In this document: in pieces, positions 37,219 through 50,175 of the stretch | Position numbering within the stretch: the stretch's first letter is position 1 | Layout of the letters: each line of letters starts with the position of its first letter | Assembly: GCA_973895155.1 (NCBI GenBank) | Contig: OZ316898.1 | Span: 5,443,079-5,507,078 of the forward strand | Direction: 5' to 3' | DNA length: 64,000 nt | Origin: Marsupella aquatica | Taxonomy: Eukaryota; Plantae; Marchantiophyta | Notes under the pieces: model-generated | What the model saw: the letters and a program-made list of their open reading frames with translations, nothing else | The model's database searches: none | What the model was told of the DNA's origin: nothing | Translations under genes and position numbers: made by a program

Positions 37219-40200
37219 ATGGACGTGATTGAGGCAACGGAGGCAAGGCAGGACCCGAAATTGCAGCTTGCGCAGCATCTTTTCCTGTTGCGGAAGGCCA
37301 CTCCGTCTTCAGATGCCGTGGCCTCGCTTCAGGATGCCGTCTTCAAGGCCGTGTGTGCCGACAGTAAGTGCTTCTGAAACTACGCGATGTACAAGGATTG
37401 CGTGGTAGTAGTACCTGGGAGCTGGTCGCTGTTATTGTTTTCTTTTAGGTTTGCGTTTGATTGGAGATGTGGTTGTCTCCCTCCAAGGATGTGTACTGTA
37501 AAGAACGGGGAACTTGCGATTCAAGGCAAATGCTCAGATTTTTGAAGTCCGATACGTCCCGGGACTCAAAGTATTCAATGTCGATGTTTAAAAAGCCTGC
37601 GATTGGACCTCTAGCTTCGCAAGGGAAAGCAATTGATGTGTAATTACAACCCTAACTTCCGAACTCGTTTCTATGACTGAACCGTCCTCTTTGGCGTATG
37701 TTAATCGGCAAAAGTGTTGTGGACATAATATGTGTCTAGTTAAGTTCACCTGAGTTGAAGGGTCGAGTAGCGTACCTTAGAAGTGATAACGTGACTCTTC
37801 CCATTTGGTCTGTGTAAGGGCTCACAGTTTCGGCCCATTTGATTGCCGTATTTTGTAGTGCTGTTTCGCTGTCGAGGAACAAGGATGCCTGCAGAGGTTT
37901 GTAACTGATTTTAGGGTTTGGCCTCGTGGTGAATTTTTCGGGAACAGATATGGCAGGGCTCTATCAGAGTTTCTGGCCCGAGATGGGTTGGGAATCTAGC
38001 TTCGACACGAGCAAGCTAGAGGAATTCAACACCAAGAATGACGAAGAGCTCACCAAATTGGATGAGAAGTAAGTCTTTTAATTTGTGATTTTCAAGACCT
38101 CAGGTTCAAAAAATTAGTTGACGACAGTCCAGGTTTAATGTGACATAGACGCAGATATAATTCTGATGCGTAAGAATCACTTCCTCTCCTGCGCGAGGCC
38201 TGTCCCAGGAGTCTCAGATGTTGAAGAGTTTACTTTCTGATTTGAAGTCTCTTATTCTCTTGACCGCAGAATCAAGGATGCCGAAGAGAATTTAGGTGAG
38301 AGCGAAGTTCGAGAGGCATTGTTAAACAAAGCCCTGTACTACATTCGTATTGGTGACAAGGTAATTTTCTTCACGTAGCCAGCCATACTGCATTATTCTT
38401 TTCATATGTGCCATAGTCTTGGCCACAGAGCCCGTGCCCGACATGGACGGCACTAAGGCAAAGGTACGCTGCCGTAGCTGGTCCCTGAATTCTTGGTTGA
38501 GGGATCATGCATATCAAAAACATTGTCGCTTACAGGAAGCGCCCCGTTTTTTTACTTTCTCAACTCTGTCACCCTGCACGTTTGTATGTTTCAGGAGAAG
38601 GCTTTGGCTCAGCTGAAAATCACTGAAGTGAAGACAGTAGCTGTTGGGCAAAAGATGGATTTGGTCTTCCATACTCTGAGACTTGGGTTCTTTGATTTGG
38701 ATTTTGACCTAATATCAAAGAATATTGATAAAGCTAAGAGGTAAGGCTTGTCAATATATCGCGTCAGTTTTACTCGCTTCCCATTTGTTGATCAGTTTTA
38801 TTTTGAGTGATGCCAATCTTAATTTTTTTGCCTGATGTTTACCCTTGTTGAATGCCTTCAGCCTCTTTGACGAGGGAGGTGACTGGGAAAGGAAGAATCG
38901 ACTCAAGGTGTATGAGGGCCTTTTCTGCATGGCAACGCGCAACTTAAAGAAGGCTGCGTCGTTGTTCTTGGAGTCCATCTCCACCTTTACGACATACGAG
39001 CTGTTTTCATATGATACTTTCATCTTCTATACAGTGCTCACCAGCATTGTATCTCTCGACAGGGTTTCACTGAAACAAAAGGTGAGAAAATAGATGCTGT
39101 GTAGATTTAAACACGTAATAGGCATATGTCAGAGTCTATTGTATGCCTCGTCTAATTCTGAAGATGTCTTGCATTTGGATTGTCTTCGGCAGTGTCCACT
39201 TTGAACTATATTAAATTCGGCTATTAAGGGGCATTCTTGTCTGGGATTGCTGCAGGTAGTTGATGCTCCAGAGATATTAACTGTCATTGGGAAGATTCCG
39301 TTTCTGTCAGATTTCCTCAATGCCCTATATTCTTGTCAGTACAAGACATTCTTCATTGCTTTTGGTGAGTACAATTTTGTTCGAATACATATTGAGGTTG
39401 AATAGGGTTAGGTATGGATGCTTTGAGCAATGCGCCGATGTTGACGCTTTGGTAGTCTAGTGAATGGGTGTCGGAATGAGTTCTTATCCGTCAAATTACT
39501 TCATTGCATGGCCGAGTTACGGCTAACAGGCAGTAGAAGCTATTCAGTTGAGTGTGCGCCTTACTCTGACCACAATTTTGTGAGAGAAGCAGGAGCGGGA
39601 GTGGAGGCATGAGTGATAAAACCTATCAATCATCTGGATACGTTGTTGGTATTCTAGTTTCCGTATGAAACTCAAATATTGACTCAAACGCCGATTTCTT
39701 TTCACCCAGCTTTCCACTAATTAGTAGTCACTCTTCTGGACTGTGCAGCTGGTCTGACTGATGCCATTCGCTTAGATCGCTATCTTTCCCCTCACTTCCG
39801 TTACTACATGAGGGAGGTTCGAGTAGTTGCCTACTCTCAATTCCTGGAATCGTATAAGAGTGTCACTATGGATGCAATGGCCAAGGCCTTCGGTGTCAGC
39901 GTCAATTTCCTAGACCTGTGAGTATACAATCCATGTGTTTAGATATTTGAGTTTTTTGGAGAAAACTACCTCTATGTCTTAGAATCATAAGTGCGGTAGC
40001 CCTCAATAATGTTCTGTGCAGTGCCATGCATGTAGAAGTTACCATCAGCAGTCGAATTCATTATTATTATCATGGCGTCCACTTCCAAACGATGTTATCG
40101 AAACTTGGTCTTGCACATCCCTATGTTCTTCAGTAGAAGTCGTTAATACGTTAGAATCAAAGCTAACTAGTAGTTGGGACCTTGTATCTGCGCAGGGAGC

Positions 40201-40370
40201 TTTCGCGGTTCATTGCAGCCGGCCGTCTTACTTGCAAAATTGATAAAGTAGCTGGTGTGCTAGAAACAAACAGGTTGGATGCAAAGAATGCTTTGTACCA
40301 GGCCACTATTAAGCAAGGAGATTTCCTCTTAAATAGGATTCAAAAGCTATCTAGAGTCGTTGACGTATAG
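37219..40370 (+). CDS. RPN7: 26S proteasome non-ATPase regulatory subunit 6 (lid subunit), 391 aa
   Basis: Exons 37219-37363, 37948-38068, 38270-38360, 38595-38740, 38862-39081, 39256-39364, 39749-39917, 40196-40370. Motifs [74 protein letters not shown]. Confidence 0.97.
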
Positions 40371-41424
40371 GCCTTGTAAGATAGGAGAGGGTTCATTGAC
40401 TGATTCTAGTCGTATTTTGAGGATCGAAATCAAAAGAGAAAGGTGGAATTTGAAGAAATGATTAACTTGCTGTCAAGTGCCTCATGAGAACTTGTTCACA
40501 GATGCATTTCTGTCCTTGGTTATGCTATATATTCAACGGAGGCCATTGGACGTGAGCGTGACACCTTATGTTTCTATCTGTGGCGCATCAGGCCAAACAC
40601 GTTTATCTATCTGATCGCATCTGACCATGGTAGTATCAGTATGACACTGTATTACATGAATGATGTATCCATATATGCTGGGTTTGGGACTGAAGCTTTC
40701 TGAATTGACCAATGCCACTTCGGTTGTCTTACACGTATTTCCAATAGCTAAGTTTGAGCCCACCTTGCTGGTTATGAAGGACAAACACGCTGTGGTAAGG
40801 TGCTATTGTGTCAACACTACGGTAGTCACGAATTCCTGTTTTTGGCTGAACTCTTGCGTGTCATTGACAGCACCCAGGGAGATGCAGCAAAACATGCACC
40901 ACTCAGAATTGATAAAGAGCTCCACAGGATTAATGAAATTTGGATCCGAGTGAGGGAGTAGGATAATAGATGGAGAAGTTGGATAGTAGAATTCTTGCTC
41001 TGCCTCCCGACATCTTTGTTTCCTCCAGTTGCCGTCGTTTTATGAGATAGCACTCTGGGCTAGGGAGAGACTACCTCACTGCAGTCGAAATGTGTAAAAG
41101 ATTGATTCTTCACGCAGGGTCTAATTTTCAACTCGCCCGCTCTATACCCCTTGTAATGTTTAAATTGTGGATTTCTGAGGAAACAGATGTGATTCTTGAA
41201 AGTCTATATGGGCTACTTAGAGTGTTATTCACTTTTCCTCCGGGGACAAAACTGGTCCCAGAGCAAACATATGGGATCTCGGCCCCATATGGTCACTGGT
41301 GGGTGGATTGTCTTTTGGTGCAAAGTAAAAACAAAACATTGAGAAACCATGAAAAATGAAAACTTAGCACGAGCATTTAATGGGGCTGACAGTAGTATGA
41401 CTTGTCGTATCGGATGTTGGTGTG

Positions 41425-41660
41425 TACTTATTCTAGGCTTTTCTGCTGGTTACCAAAACCTACCCAAGTGCCCCTCAACTTTTGAAGTTACCAAAGCACC
41501 TTTGACTAGCCTCTTAATGAAAGATTTGTGCACTCCTACCAGTGTTTGCCAAACATCCCTGCCATTGAGAAAGCTGTTTGCAAGCTGTCATCATCCAGGT
41601 TTAGGCTGGGTCATACTCCACTGGTTCCACCATTCATCCTACATCAAAAATCACTAGCTG
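41425..41660 (+). mobile_element. Decayed Ty3/gypsy RT-RNase H connector fragment
   Basis: ILGFSAGYQ...KAPLTSLLMKD and a downstream PFILH resemble gypsy FLGLxGYY...APLTxLLKKD...PFILxTDAS. Confidence 0.45.
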
Positions 41661-41759
41661 CAGTCCAAACTATTGCGGATTCAAACCAATGTCTGATCAA
41701 AACTGATGCAGCTTTGCAAGGTGCCTTCAGGGACATTGTCTTTGTGAAATGGCTTTATG

Positions 41760-42035
41760 TATGCAGGAAGGTCCTATTTGGAGGGCATTATGGGATATAA
41801 GGCCCCCAAAATTGAGAGCTTCAGCTTGAGTTTTGAGTGGCTATTATTCCCAAATGCTTTGAAAACCAGACCTTACTACAGGCCTGAGAGATTTTAACTT
41901 TCTCCAACTTTAGAAAAAACAAAGGAAAATCTTCCTAAAGGTGTGATCCAGATACAAGGTAATCTAGTTCTTGACCAGGGCATTATGCTCCCAAAATGGC
42001 CTGAAAATTACAAAGGGAAAAATCACATAGGGCAT
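41760..42035. repeat. Dispersed repeat; inverted homolog at 57050-57500
   Basis: CATTATGGGATATAAGGCCCCCAAAATTGAGAGCTTCAGCTTGAG and GGGCATTATGCTCCCAAAATG match the reverse complements of 57440-57500 and 57130-57154. Confidence 0.65.
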
Positions 42036-43197
42036 TCATTATACAATCATGTATTCAATAAAGTAGTCTTTAAAGGGCACTGTGTGCCATAATACTTTGA
42101 ACTAGAAAGCTCAAATCTTGAGGGGCTATTGTTTGCCCATATGCCCTGGTAATGTAAGAGATACAAGTGTATAATATACAATAGACGTACATCGAGTGGT
42201 GGACCTTGCCACCCAGCGCCCTCACCAATCCCAGGACCCACGCCTAAGTGCCCCTGATGCCCGAATGCCTCCACGGAATACCTCGAGTAAGCAACCTACT
42301 GCCCCTTGCACCACCAGCGGCCCCTCCCATACGAAGTCGCACTTGCTCTCCAACACGACCGCTACTCAACGATCCTCACTGTCTGCACAAGCAACCAAGC
42401 GTCTCGGTAAGTAACCCTTCAGGATCTAGATCGCCCCAAGTCTAGCACTCAGGGGCCTCAATCTAAAAGGGTGTCCCATATCACGCTCAAAATTTTGGGG
42501 GAATAAACACCCTAAAAGTTAAGTCAATAAAGTTTTTTTAAAGAATTTTGTAACCCCATATTTGATTTAAAAAAACCCTATGATTCTTATAATTCTCAAA
42601 ATTGGATTAAAATAACCCTAATATTCGTCAACAAAAATTTAAAACTATTTCACTAAACCCAATAAAAAAACCCTATACTTATTCGCGCGTGATGGGTCGG
42701 AAGAAAAGAAGTGAGGACCCCAGGGTCTAGCATCCTAACTCAAGCTCAACAGACATTGGTAAGTAGGTCAACGATTGGTCCTCCCGATGCCATAAGCCGG
42801 AACCAAAACCGACGTCCACTGTTCGTCCAGAATAGCTCCTTCCTTGGGCCCGGCCCAAGTTCCCTCTTGTACCTATCCATCACCAATTGACCGCCCTGCC
42901 CCCAAGACTTGTCATGGCCCAAATAGCATAGCTTATCTTAAAGCTTGTCCCAAACTTGTCCCAACACGCCGGGACCAGAATAACCCCGACTTTAGCAACT
43001 AACTCCCGGTTCTCGCCCCACTGATGGTCTAGGGGCCAAGTGCCCTTGGAACTCAACCTCCACACCTACTTGGCCTTGCCTCCCCAACGCAAGCTCCCTT
43101 GAGAGATTGAACGGGGCCTGGCTACTATTTCGGTAGGATTTGGCAAGCGGACGTGATAACACCTGCAAACCTCAAGAACCTACGGTGTCCCCAGACC

Positions 43198-43618
43198 TGT
43201 TGAGCATAGACGACGATCGCAACGGCAAGCCCATGAACCATCCAACGCATAATAGTCGACACAAGAGATACGTGGTTCACCTCCTTGAGGCTACGTCCAC
43301 GGGAACACACAAGAGAGCTTTACTGAACTCTAAGCCCGTCGGCTATACCGAGTCTCCACAGTGTAAGCTCTCCCTATCTCTCAAGTGGCTCCATAACAAT
43401 GAGCCTTGGTTCTACCTCTCCAAGCACACATGCCTCTTATGATATAGTGTGCAACTTAGTTGTACCTAACCACATAGTTGTACCTAATCACGTAGTTGTA
43501 CCTAACCACATAGTTGTACCTAATCACGAAGTTGTAGCTAACCACGTAGTTGTACCAACCCACGTTGTTGTACCAACCACGTCATACCTAACCTAGACGT
43601 AAGAGTAAATACCCAACA
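43198..43618 (-). mobile_element. Solo LTR of the same family as 35432-35775, containing an 18-bp minisatellite
   Basis: TGTTGAGCATAG...ACCCAACA with 5-bp TSD AGACC (43193-43197 and 43619-43623). About 7 copies of TAGTTGTACCTAACCACA at 43457-43582. Confidence 0.85.
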
Positions 43619-44369
43619 AGACCCAGCTGAGCTCGGGAAGATGTAGTCCTCCTCGAGAGCTTTCCAATGCACCCAAGAAGTCCTCCAACGGACTTCCCGT
43701 TGGGAAGTTATTGTCGTTTCCGTTTGATGTTTTCCCTTAATGTCGTGACCGCCGTGGCTCACAACTTCGGCTCGCCCTTAGCCCCCAGGGAGACACCACT
43801 CCCCTCATATATGCTTCTGAAGACCTGCCACCCCCGGACCATTTTTGGTCCTCAACTTTTTGGTCCACAACCCAGATCCTATCCCGCATGTCAGGGCGCG
43901 CCACCAACTTGCTAGTTAGGTGTCCGCAAGCGGAGTGCCTCAGCCTGTTGTGATCGGGCCAACCCAGTGCTCATGCCTAGGCCCTCAGATCTTATCGCCC
44001 CTTGGGGCCCCCGATCGGCCAAACCCAGATCGGGCCATAATTTGCACCCCAAATGTCCGTTGCCCATGGTGTCAACTCCATTGGCCTTGGGCCCAAGATC
44101 GAGGAGCTCTCTCTCAAGCCCTTAAAACTCAAAGTCCGTCCGGGGGTCCAGACGGTTGACCTTGAACCCCCTTTCCCCTTTCCCCTTGACCCAACTAACA
44201 CTCAACTAGTCTAAGTCCTTAGTGTGTGTCACCAGCTTGGCGCCTTGCCTTTGCTAGTTCCACGTTTCATTGCCCACAAGTCTCCCCATGCTAAGTCCTC
44301 CCCAGATGGCCTATCCGGGCCTAGACCATAAGGGAGCTCGGCGTCAGAGTCAACGACGTCGGAGCTAAG

Positions 44370-44875
44370 TGTTAAGGTAGTTGAGTTCCACGACTCATCG
44401 ACACATAGATACATGGTTCACCCTATCTGGGCTATGTCCACAACCAGAGAAGAAATTGCTATGCATTGGGACTGGAGGGTGCACAATCCACTACATCCAC
44501 CATTAATAGCCTAGCACACTCTCAATCTACTCTATGAGCATCTTCTCCTCTCTCACCAATATCCAACTCGTGAAGACTAATCTTGATTGTGAGCACAATG
44601 AAGTGCTCCTCCAGGGTATAACCCCTCTCGGCTAATCTAACTATTAAAAATTGACTCAAGTTCTCGGCTTTAGTTAGTTTGGCCTTCAGTTGGTTTAATT
44701 AGGTTGGAGGAGAACATTCTCTCTCTCATTCCTCTCATGTACTCTTATATGCTATGGATATTTATGAGTTTTTCCACTTGTAGTCGCTTGTCGGTGTAGC
44801 GTTTGATTGAGTGTACCGGGAGTGTACTCTCATGTCCTGCATTTGCTGTCTAGTCTGAGCTGATGGTTTGTTACA
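44370..44875 (-). mobile_element. Older related LTR, boundaries tentative
   Basis: TGTTAAGG start; GATACATGGTTCACCC..GGCTATGTCCAC motif; possible TSD CTAAG / CTAAC with one mismatch. Confidence 0.35.
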
Positions 44876-45488
44876 CTAACCTCAAAAGCCTATGGTTAAG
44901 CTATGCCCTAGTTAACCAAACCCCAAACCTAATCAGTTGCCAGAGTTAACCACCAAAAGGGGACCACTTAAAGGCCTAAGAGATTTTAAATGTTTCTAAG
45001 TTAAGTAAAAAGATAGGAGAATGTTCATATCAACCAGATACAAATCTTGATTGTGCATTCTTGTCCTTAAGTGCCCTGAAAATAATCAGACTCAATTACA
45101 GAGCGAAAAGTCAAGAAGGGTTTGGAACCCAACTCATATTTTTCGTATTTTTGAAATGAAAACATGCCCAGGGTCTTCACATGCGGACGTTCAGAGTTTA
45201 ACACATGTGCCGGAGCAGTAGGATTCACCAAGTGGTCTGGTGATCTGGGCTGTTCACAAGGTGACATGTCTCTCCCTACGGAAGCGAGTCGACTGCTGAA
45301 GTCCAGCCAGCCACGTACATTGGCCCTTTGTGCTCTTGCTCTTTACAATTGGACTTGTGGTCAGGAATCAAACCAACTCCCCATCTCTCGCTCTCTCTCG
45401 CTTTTGTTCACGATTGATTGTGTTTCAAAGCACCTCTCGCCTTCTCTCTGTTCTTTTGTGTGGGTGGATTTTCCTGTCAGCAGCGCTG

Positions 45489-46467
45489 ATGGCAGTACTG
45501 GCTGGTGCCCCTCTGGGAGTCTCCACACGAATTTCGTCTTCAGCCGTTCTCTCAGCTTCTACACAGCGGCATCGCCTTCAGGTGGGCCTCGCTTGTACTC
45601 GATTCAAGCCTCAGCCCTCTTTTGTTTTCCTTTGCTGATAGTGCCTATTGCATCATCACATTGTTGGGCTTTTGGACGACGTAACATGTACTTAGATCCC
45701 CATTCTGAGGCTGGATCTCGAGGAAGGGCTCTGGCGATAATGGATTGCTTTAATTTGATGGTGATGGGCCCAGTTCATTTCCTGTAATCTTACGAAACTT
45801 GCAACTAGTACCTGTCGGCAGACGAAGTGGGAATGCTGATATTTGTATGTTTTGTATGTCACCGTGAGCCTCAGTCCCCAGTGAGTCCTGGCAGTTCAAA
45901 TCTAGAGTGGAGAGTGTAATTGTTGCTGAAGTTTTGTATGCGCTGCCTATTGAACAGATTGTTTATGTTTGTACTTAAGAGTTGAATCTTTGTTATTAGG
46001 AGTGTGGATTGTCACTGCATGCGTGGTTGGATTTCTTTATACTGTTCGTTATACTGACCCTGGTCATGATCGTTGGACCTCCAGACATTAGCATCCAGAG
46101 ACTGGAGAAAGAATCGTAGTGGGCTTGTGCCAGATCATGCAGTTGTAGCAGTGTCAGCTACCTTGGATCATAAAGTTATAAGTCGCCGAGAAGCGATTAG
46201 TGTCTCAGCAGCGGGTTTGGGGGCATTTCTCCTTGCGTCCGGGGTATCACGAGCCCATGGCGTCACTGCTGCTGCTGAGGAGCTCTGGGAAGAAGGGGCT
46301 GGGCCATATCCCCAGGACGCAGGTGATCTTGTAGTGGTGTTCAACTCTTGGCAAAGCTGGGTCAAAACTTGGTTAGTTTAGCTTCAATGTGTTTGGTGTC
46401 TGATTGGAGTGCTCAAAGGATAACTTCCCAGGAACCCTGCTTAGTGTTTTTGGCAGAACCGTCATGA
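45489..46467 (+). pseudogene. Partial rearranged tandem duplicate of FKBP19 (pseudogene or micropeptide gene)
   Basis: Exon 1 (45489-45581, MAVLAGAPLGVSTRISSSAVLSASTQRHRLQ) and exon 2 from 46085 (..SATLDHKVISRREAISVSAAGLGAFLL..) match FKBP19 exons 1-2. Intron 1 is also homologous (45901 vs 50566). The frame continues into ELWEEGAGPYPQDAGDLVV, similar to FKBP19 exon 4 DLRDGVGPNPNEGDLVV. No later exons found. Confidence 0.8.
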
Positions 46468-47894
46468 ACGTCGATAAGAAGTGCGCCTTCCAAAATCACA
46501 TGTACAAATAGTTGTACAGTGAGTACATATTTCTGTCACTCCTGCTCTCCCTAGATGACAATTGGTTTCCCATCTTTTGTACTCTTCAATCAGTTTGGTA
46601 GATTTTTTCTTTGTATCTTGTGCTTACTATTTAAGGACGTGAAGTGTGTGACAAAACTGAGAAGACTTGAAAACATTGGGATCCTAACATCTTACTACTA
46701 ATTTGCCAATATAAGCTACAATTGGGGTCTAGGCTTCTACAATGAAGCCTCTAGAGTGTAACTCTAGGGCCCCACCAAATGTATGTGGATGGAGAGGATG
46801 GGATGTATTGTCTGTCAAGATGATGATGCATGCTTATTTTTGTCACAATCTCTATTGTCATTCAAAGAATGGGCATTCAGGCTAGTAAGATAAACTTGAA
46901 ACCAAAAGTGGGTGACATTCCAGAGGGAAAAGAAGGCATACTTCAACTTAAATCTGATGAATACTGAAACCACAGTTGTACGTATAAGAGCTATCATGGG
47001 TAATCCTTAACTCTCATTTTCACTAAGAATGGAGTGATGGCAGGAGTGTTGGGGTGAGTGAGCTTCCCTGTTTTTGGTCATTTCCACTATTCCTAGCAGG
47101 AATGAACAGTAGGGGGTCAGGGAAGGAGGCCAGCCCCTTAATATGGGCAATCGTGGTGTAATTGCAATTAAATGTAAATCATCTAGGTAAACTCTGGGTT
47201 TGGGGTAAGTCACCTATGGTTCTGCCTAAAAGTGGTCAATTATGTTTTATTGTGTGAACAGTACACAGGACGGAGGCTAGAGATGAACGTAAACCTAGTT
47301 GGAATACCAGATCGTTTAGGGTGGTGTTGGTAATGGGACCTGTTGCCCAATGCCAGAGGGGGAAGCGTGCATTCACTTAGCCTCACTTATTTACATTTGA
47401 GTGGTTGGGGGCAGTCTTTGTGGCAACTCCCACTTTATGGAATTTCTTTTTACGTCTACAGGTTTCAACCTCTGCCTAGTTTTAGGATCTCTCCTATTTT
47501 GTGGAATGCTTTATCACATCTCCCATTTCTATCTCTGACTACTTCTAGGATCTCTTTTGTCAGGACAGCTGAAACTGCCAAATAATGTTCAGTCTTGAAC
47601 CTGTGGGAAGATTTTAGGGTTTAGGGTTTATTGCACTTTTTTACTTTGTCAAGAACAAATTTTAGTGATCTGGATCAACCAGGGTTTGCTGTGGGGACAG
47701 TGCTGGCCTAAGATCCATCTTCCCCCTGAGGCCAGCACTCCCTAGCATCTATTCCCAAGATAACCAGGTTACCTTGTCTCCATGCTCTAGTGAACACCTC
47801 TGATCGAGGATGTCTTTTGGCAGGCAAACCCTTTCCAGGGGGGAGAAGTGACAAGAAGCATTTGTACCTTTTGTCACTAGGCAGCCCAAAAGCC

Positions 47895-48084
47895 CCAATT
47901 CACCCTCTAAAAGGATCACCAAACACCAACATCGAGATGGGATATCAACATGCGCAAAGTCTGGAAACCAAGTAGCCAAAAGAAAATCGGCCCAATTCAC
48001 CCTCCAAGGGGATCACCAAACACCAACATCAAGATGGGATGTCAATATATGCAAAGTTTGGAAACCAAGTAGCCAAAAGAAAAC
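47895..48084. repeat. Tandem duplication (~95 bp x2)
   Basis: CCAATTCACCCTC..AGGATCACCAAACACCAACATC..GGAAACCAAGTAGCCAAAAGAAAA occurs twice. Confidence 0.85.
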
Positions 48085-49470
48085 CAACATCTGAAGGTTA
48101 TCTAAAGTTCTGGCCAAAATCACCATTCCATCTACACACTTTATTGGGCCCACCTACTGACATGAAGGATTCGTGAGCAAAGTCAGGGTTCTCAACAGAC
48201 AACCATACTGTGTTGTCTCCCCTTCTTTGAGCAATAAGAAACACAGGGTGACATAGGAAATTTCTGGTTGGCAGGGAGAATTGCCTGGTGAAATGAAATG
48301 TGCCTTGGTAGGGCCTAGGGTGATGAAAAAATGGAAACCAACTGTCCAAGGCAAAAGGACGTATATACAGTTTGCTTGATAAATAACAAAAAAGGGTTTA
48401 CTGGTCACCTGACCTTGCCAGAACTGGCCGGCATCTGTATACATGAGAACAAAATGTGTGTTGAGATTCATGTAAAGCCATTGTGACCCTTGCTGAGTGC
48501 ATTGAGAGGAGTATCCCTAAATTATCCTTTGGAACTTGCAGTTTAGTTGCACTTTTAACAGGTGCATCAGACCCCACTAAAAGACAGATTGGTAAGTGCA
48601 GTTCCATCCATAAGTGACGAGAGCACTTATCCATAAAAGTAGGAGAGAGTGCACATTGCATTTGCTGATAAAAATTTGGGGACTTTTTAATTTTAAGTGT
48701 AATTTGTTGGTGCTCGGAGATTTTGGAAGAGTATGTGTCACAGTAATGCAAAAGGTAGTTGCACATAGAACATATCCTATGGTACCTTAGGATTTTTTGT
48801 CCTTTTGGGATAGTCTTGCCCCATCGCAGACCAGGCAAACAAATTTGAGTAGCTAATTGCCAAGGACTGTGCACTTTGGACATGAATTGTTTCCAAACAT
48901 GTTCCTGAAGCACATATTCTGACGGTCAAAGTAGATAATTGCAAAACAGTTTCCATAAATGTGGGCATCTTGGATGAGCGGTCTGCAGTTCTGGTGAAAC
49001 ATTGTTTAGTTGCCTGGCAATCATTTACACAGGGGTGAAACTAGAGACAAATGCTGGAGAGGTCACAAAACCCATCTCACCTTCACTTCTGCAGATAGTG
49101 CACCAGCGAGGGCTGTTGTACACAATTCAGTTGCTGTGGTCGACACAGCACATTTCACCATGAGCTTTTAAGAAAATCTTAAAAGAGACTTCACCGTAAC
49201 TGACCTCAAGGCCCAAAAGTTGGTTTTCTCAGATTTTTCCGCAAACAAACAACTCTAATGTCCTCAAAACTTCTTCATTCTGTTTCGCTTATGGACTATA
49301 TGGACACAAAAGACCCAGTCTGTAAATTCATGACTGTTGTATGTGTTGGTGCTTGTTTTCAAAAAACTTTAAAAGAGTGGTTATATTGATCGGCTTGCCA
49401 AATAAATTTTTCTGATAATATTTTCTTTTCTTGAATATACTACTTTTGGTTGGCCATAGAAAGACCTGCC

Positions 49471-49562
49471 GGTCATATCTGGTTAAACCGCCACTAGCCA
49501 TTGATGACAGACACCTGGTCATATCTGGTTAAACCGCCACTAGCCATTGATGACAGACACCT
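49471..49562. repeat. Perfect tandem duplication, 46 bp x2
   Basis: GGTCATATCTGGTTAAACCGCCACTAGCCATTGATGACAGACACCT occurs twice. Confidence 0.9.
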
Positions 49563-50175
49563 AGACTCACCGGGTTTCACCATCGATAGCCCGGTAGGGA
49601 ATGGAATGTGGAAAAAGAAGGAAATGTTGTTGGACACTTACCTTTACATTTGGCTAGTGGCTCTTTAAGCAAGTTTGCGGACACTTAAGTACTTTTCTGG
49701 AATCTTTTTGAATAAATTGCCCAAAACCACTCTCTATGTAGTCTGTTAAGCAAGTTTGGGGATAGGTTCTTTTTTGAAAATTTCAGCAAAAATTGCACAA
49801 AAACAGTCATACCCTTAGCAGATAGGTCTAGTAAGTGCAAAATGTATGGGATTGCACTTATGATGTAGTGCAATCCCCATGTAAGTGCACCTTTGGAACT
49901 GTCATCCCCAGGATTTGCACTTATGCTGAGGATGTCACTGTACAACTCTTTTCGTGGTTCAATTTTTAGTGTAGTGTCTTGGTGGTCAGGAATCGAAGGA
50001 GTAAAGAACAGTACACGTCTGTGATCCACTTTTGGGCAAAACCCTGGACGAAATCCGAAGACCCGGATTTCTGTGCCTCTCTTATCGTGCTCTTTCTTGT
50101 GGTGGGTCGACCATCGTTGGCTCTCGTTCACAAGAGGACAGTTGTAATTCGAAGGGGAGCAAAACGCAGCCAACG

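Noticed and set aside
43457-43582. Common origin of the 18-bp LTR repeat and the DNMT3 93-bp unit (shared CATAGTTGT)
   Set aside because: Only ~9 bp are shared, too little to infer homology.
45164-45787. 207-aa ORF
   Set aside because: Off-frame overlap of the FKBP19-copy exon 1 and intron; not protein-like.
47613-47630. Interstitial telomere repeat (TTTAGGG x2.5)
   Set aside because: Too short; telo-box-like words are scattered through the window.
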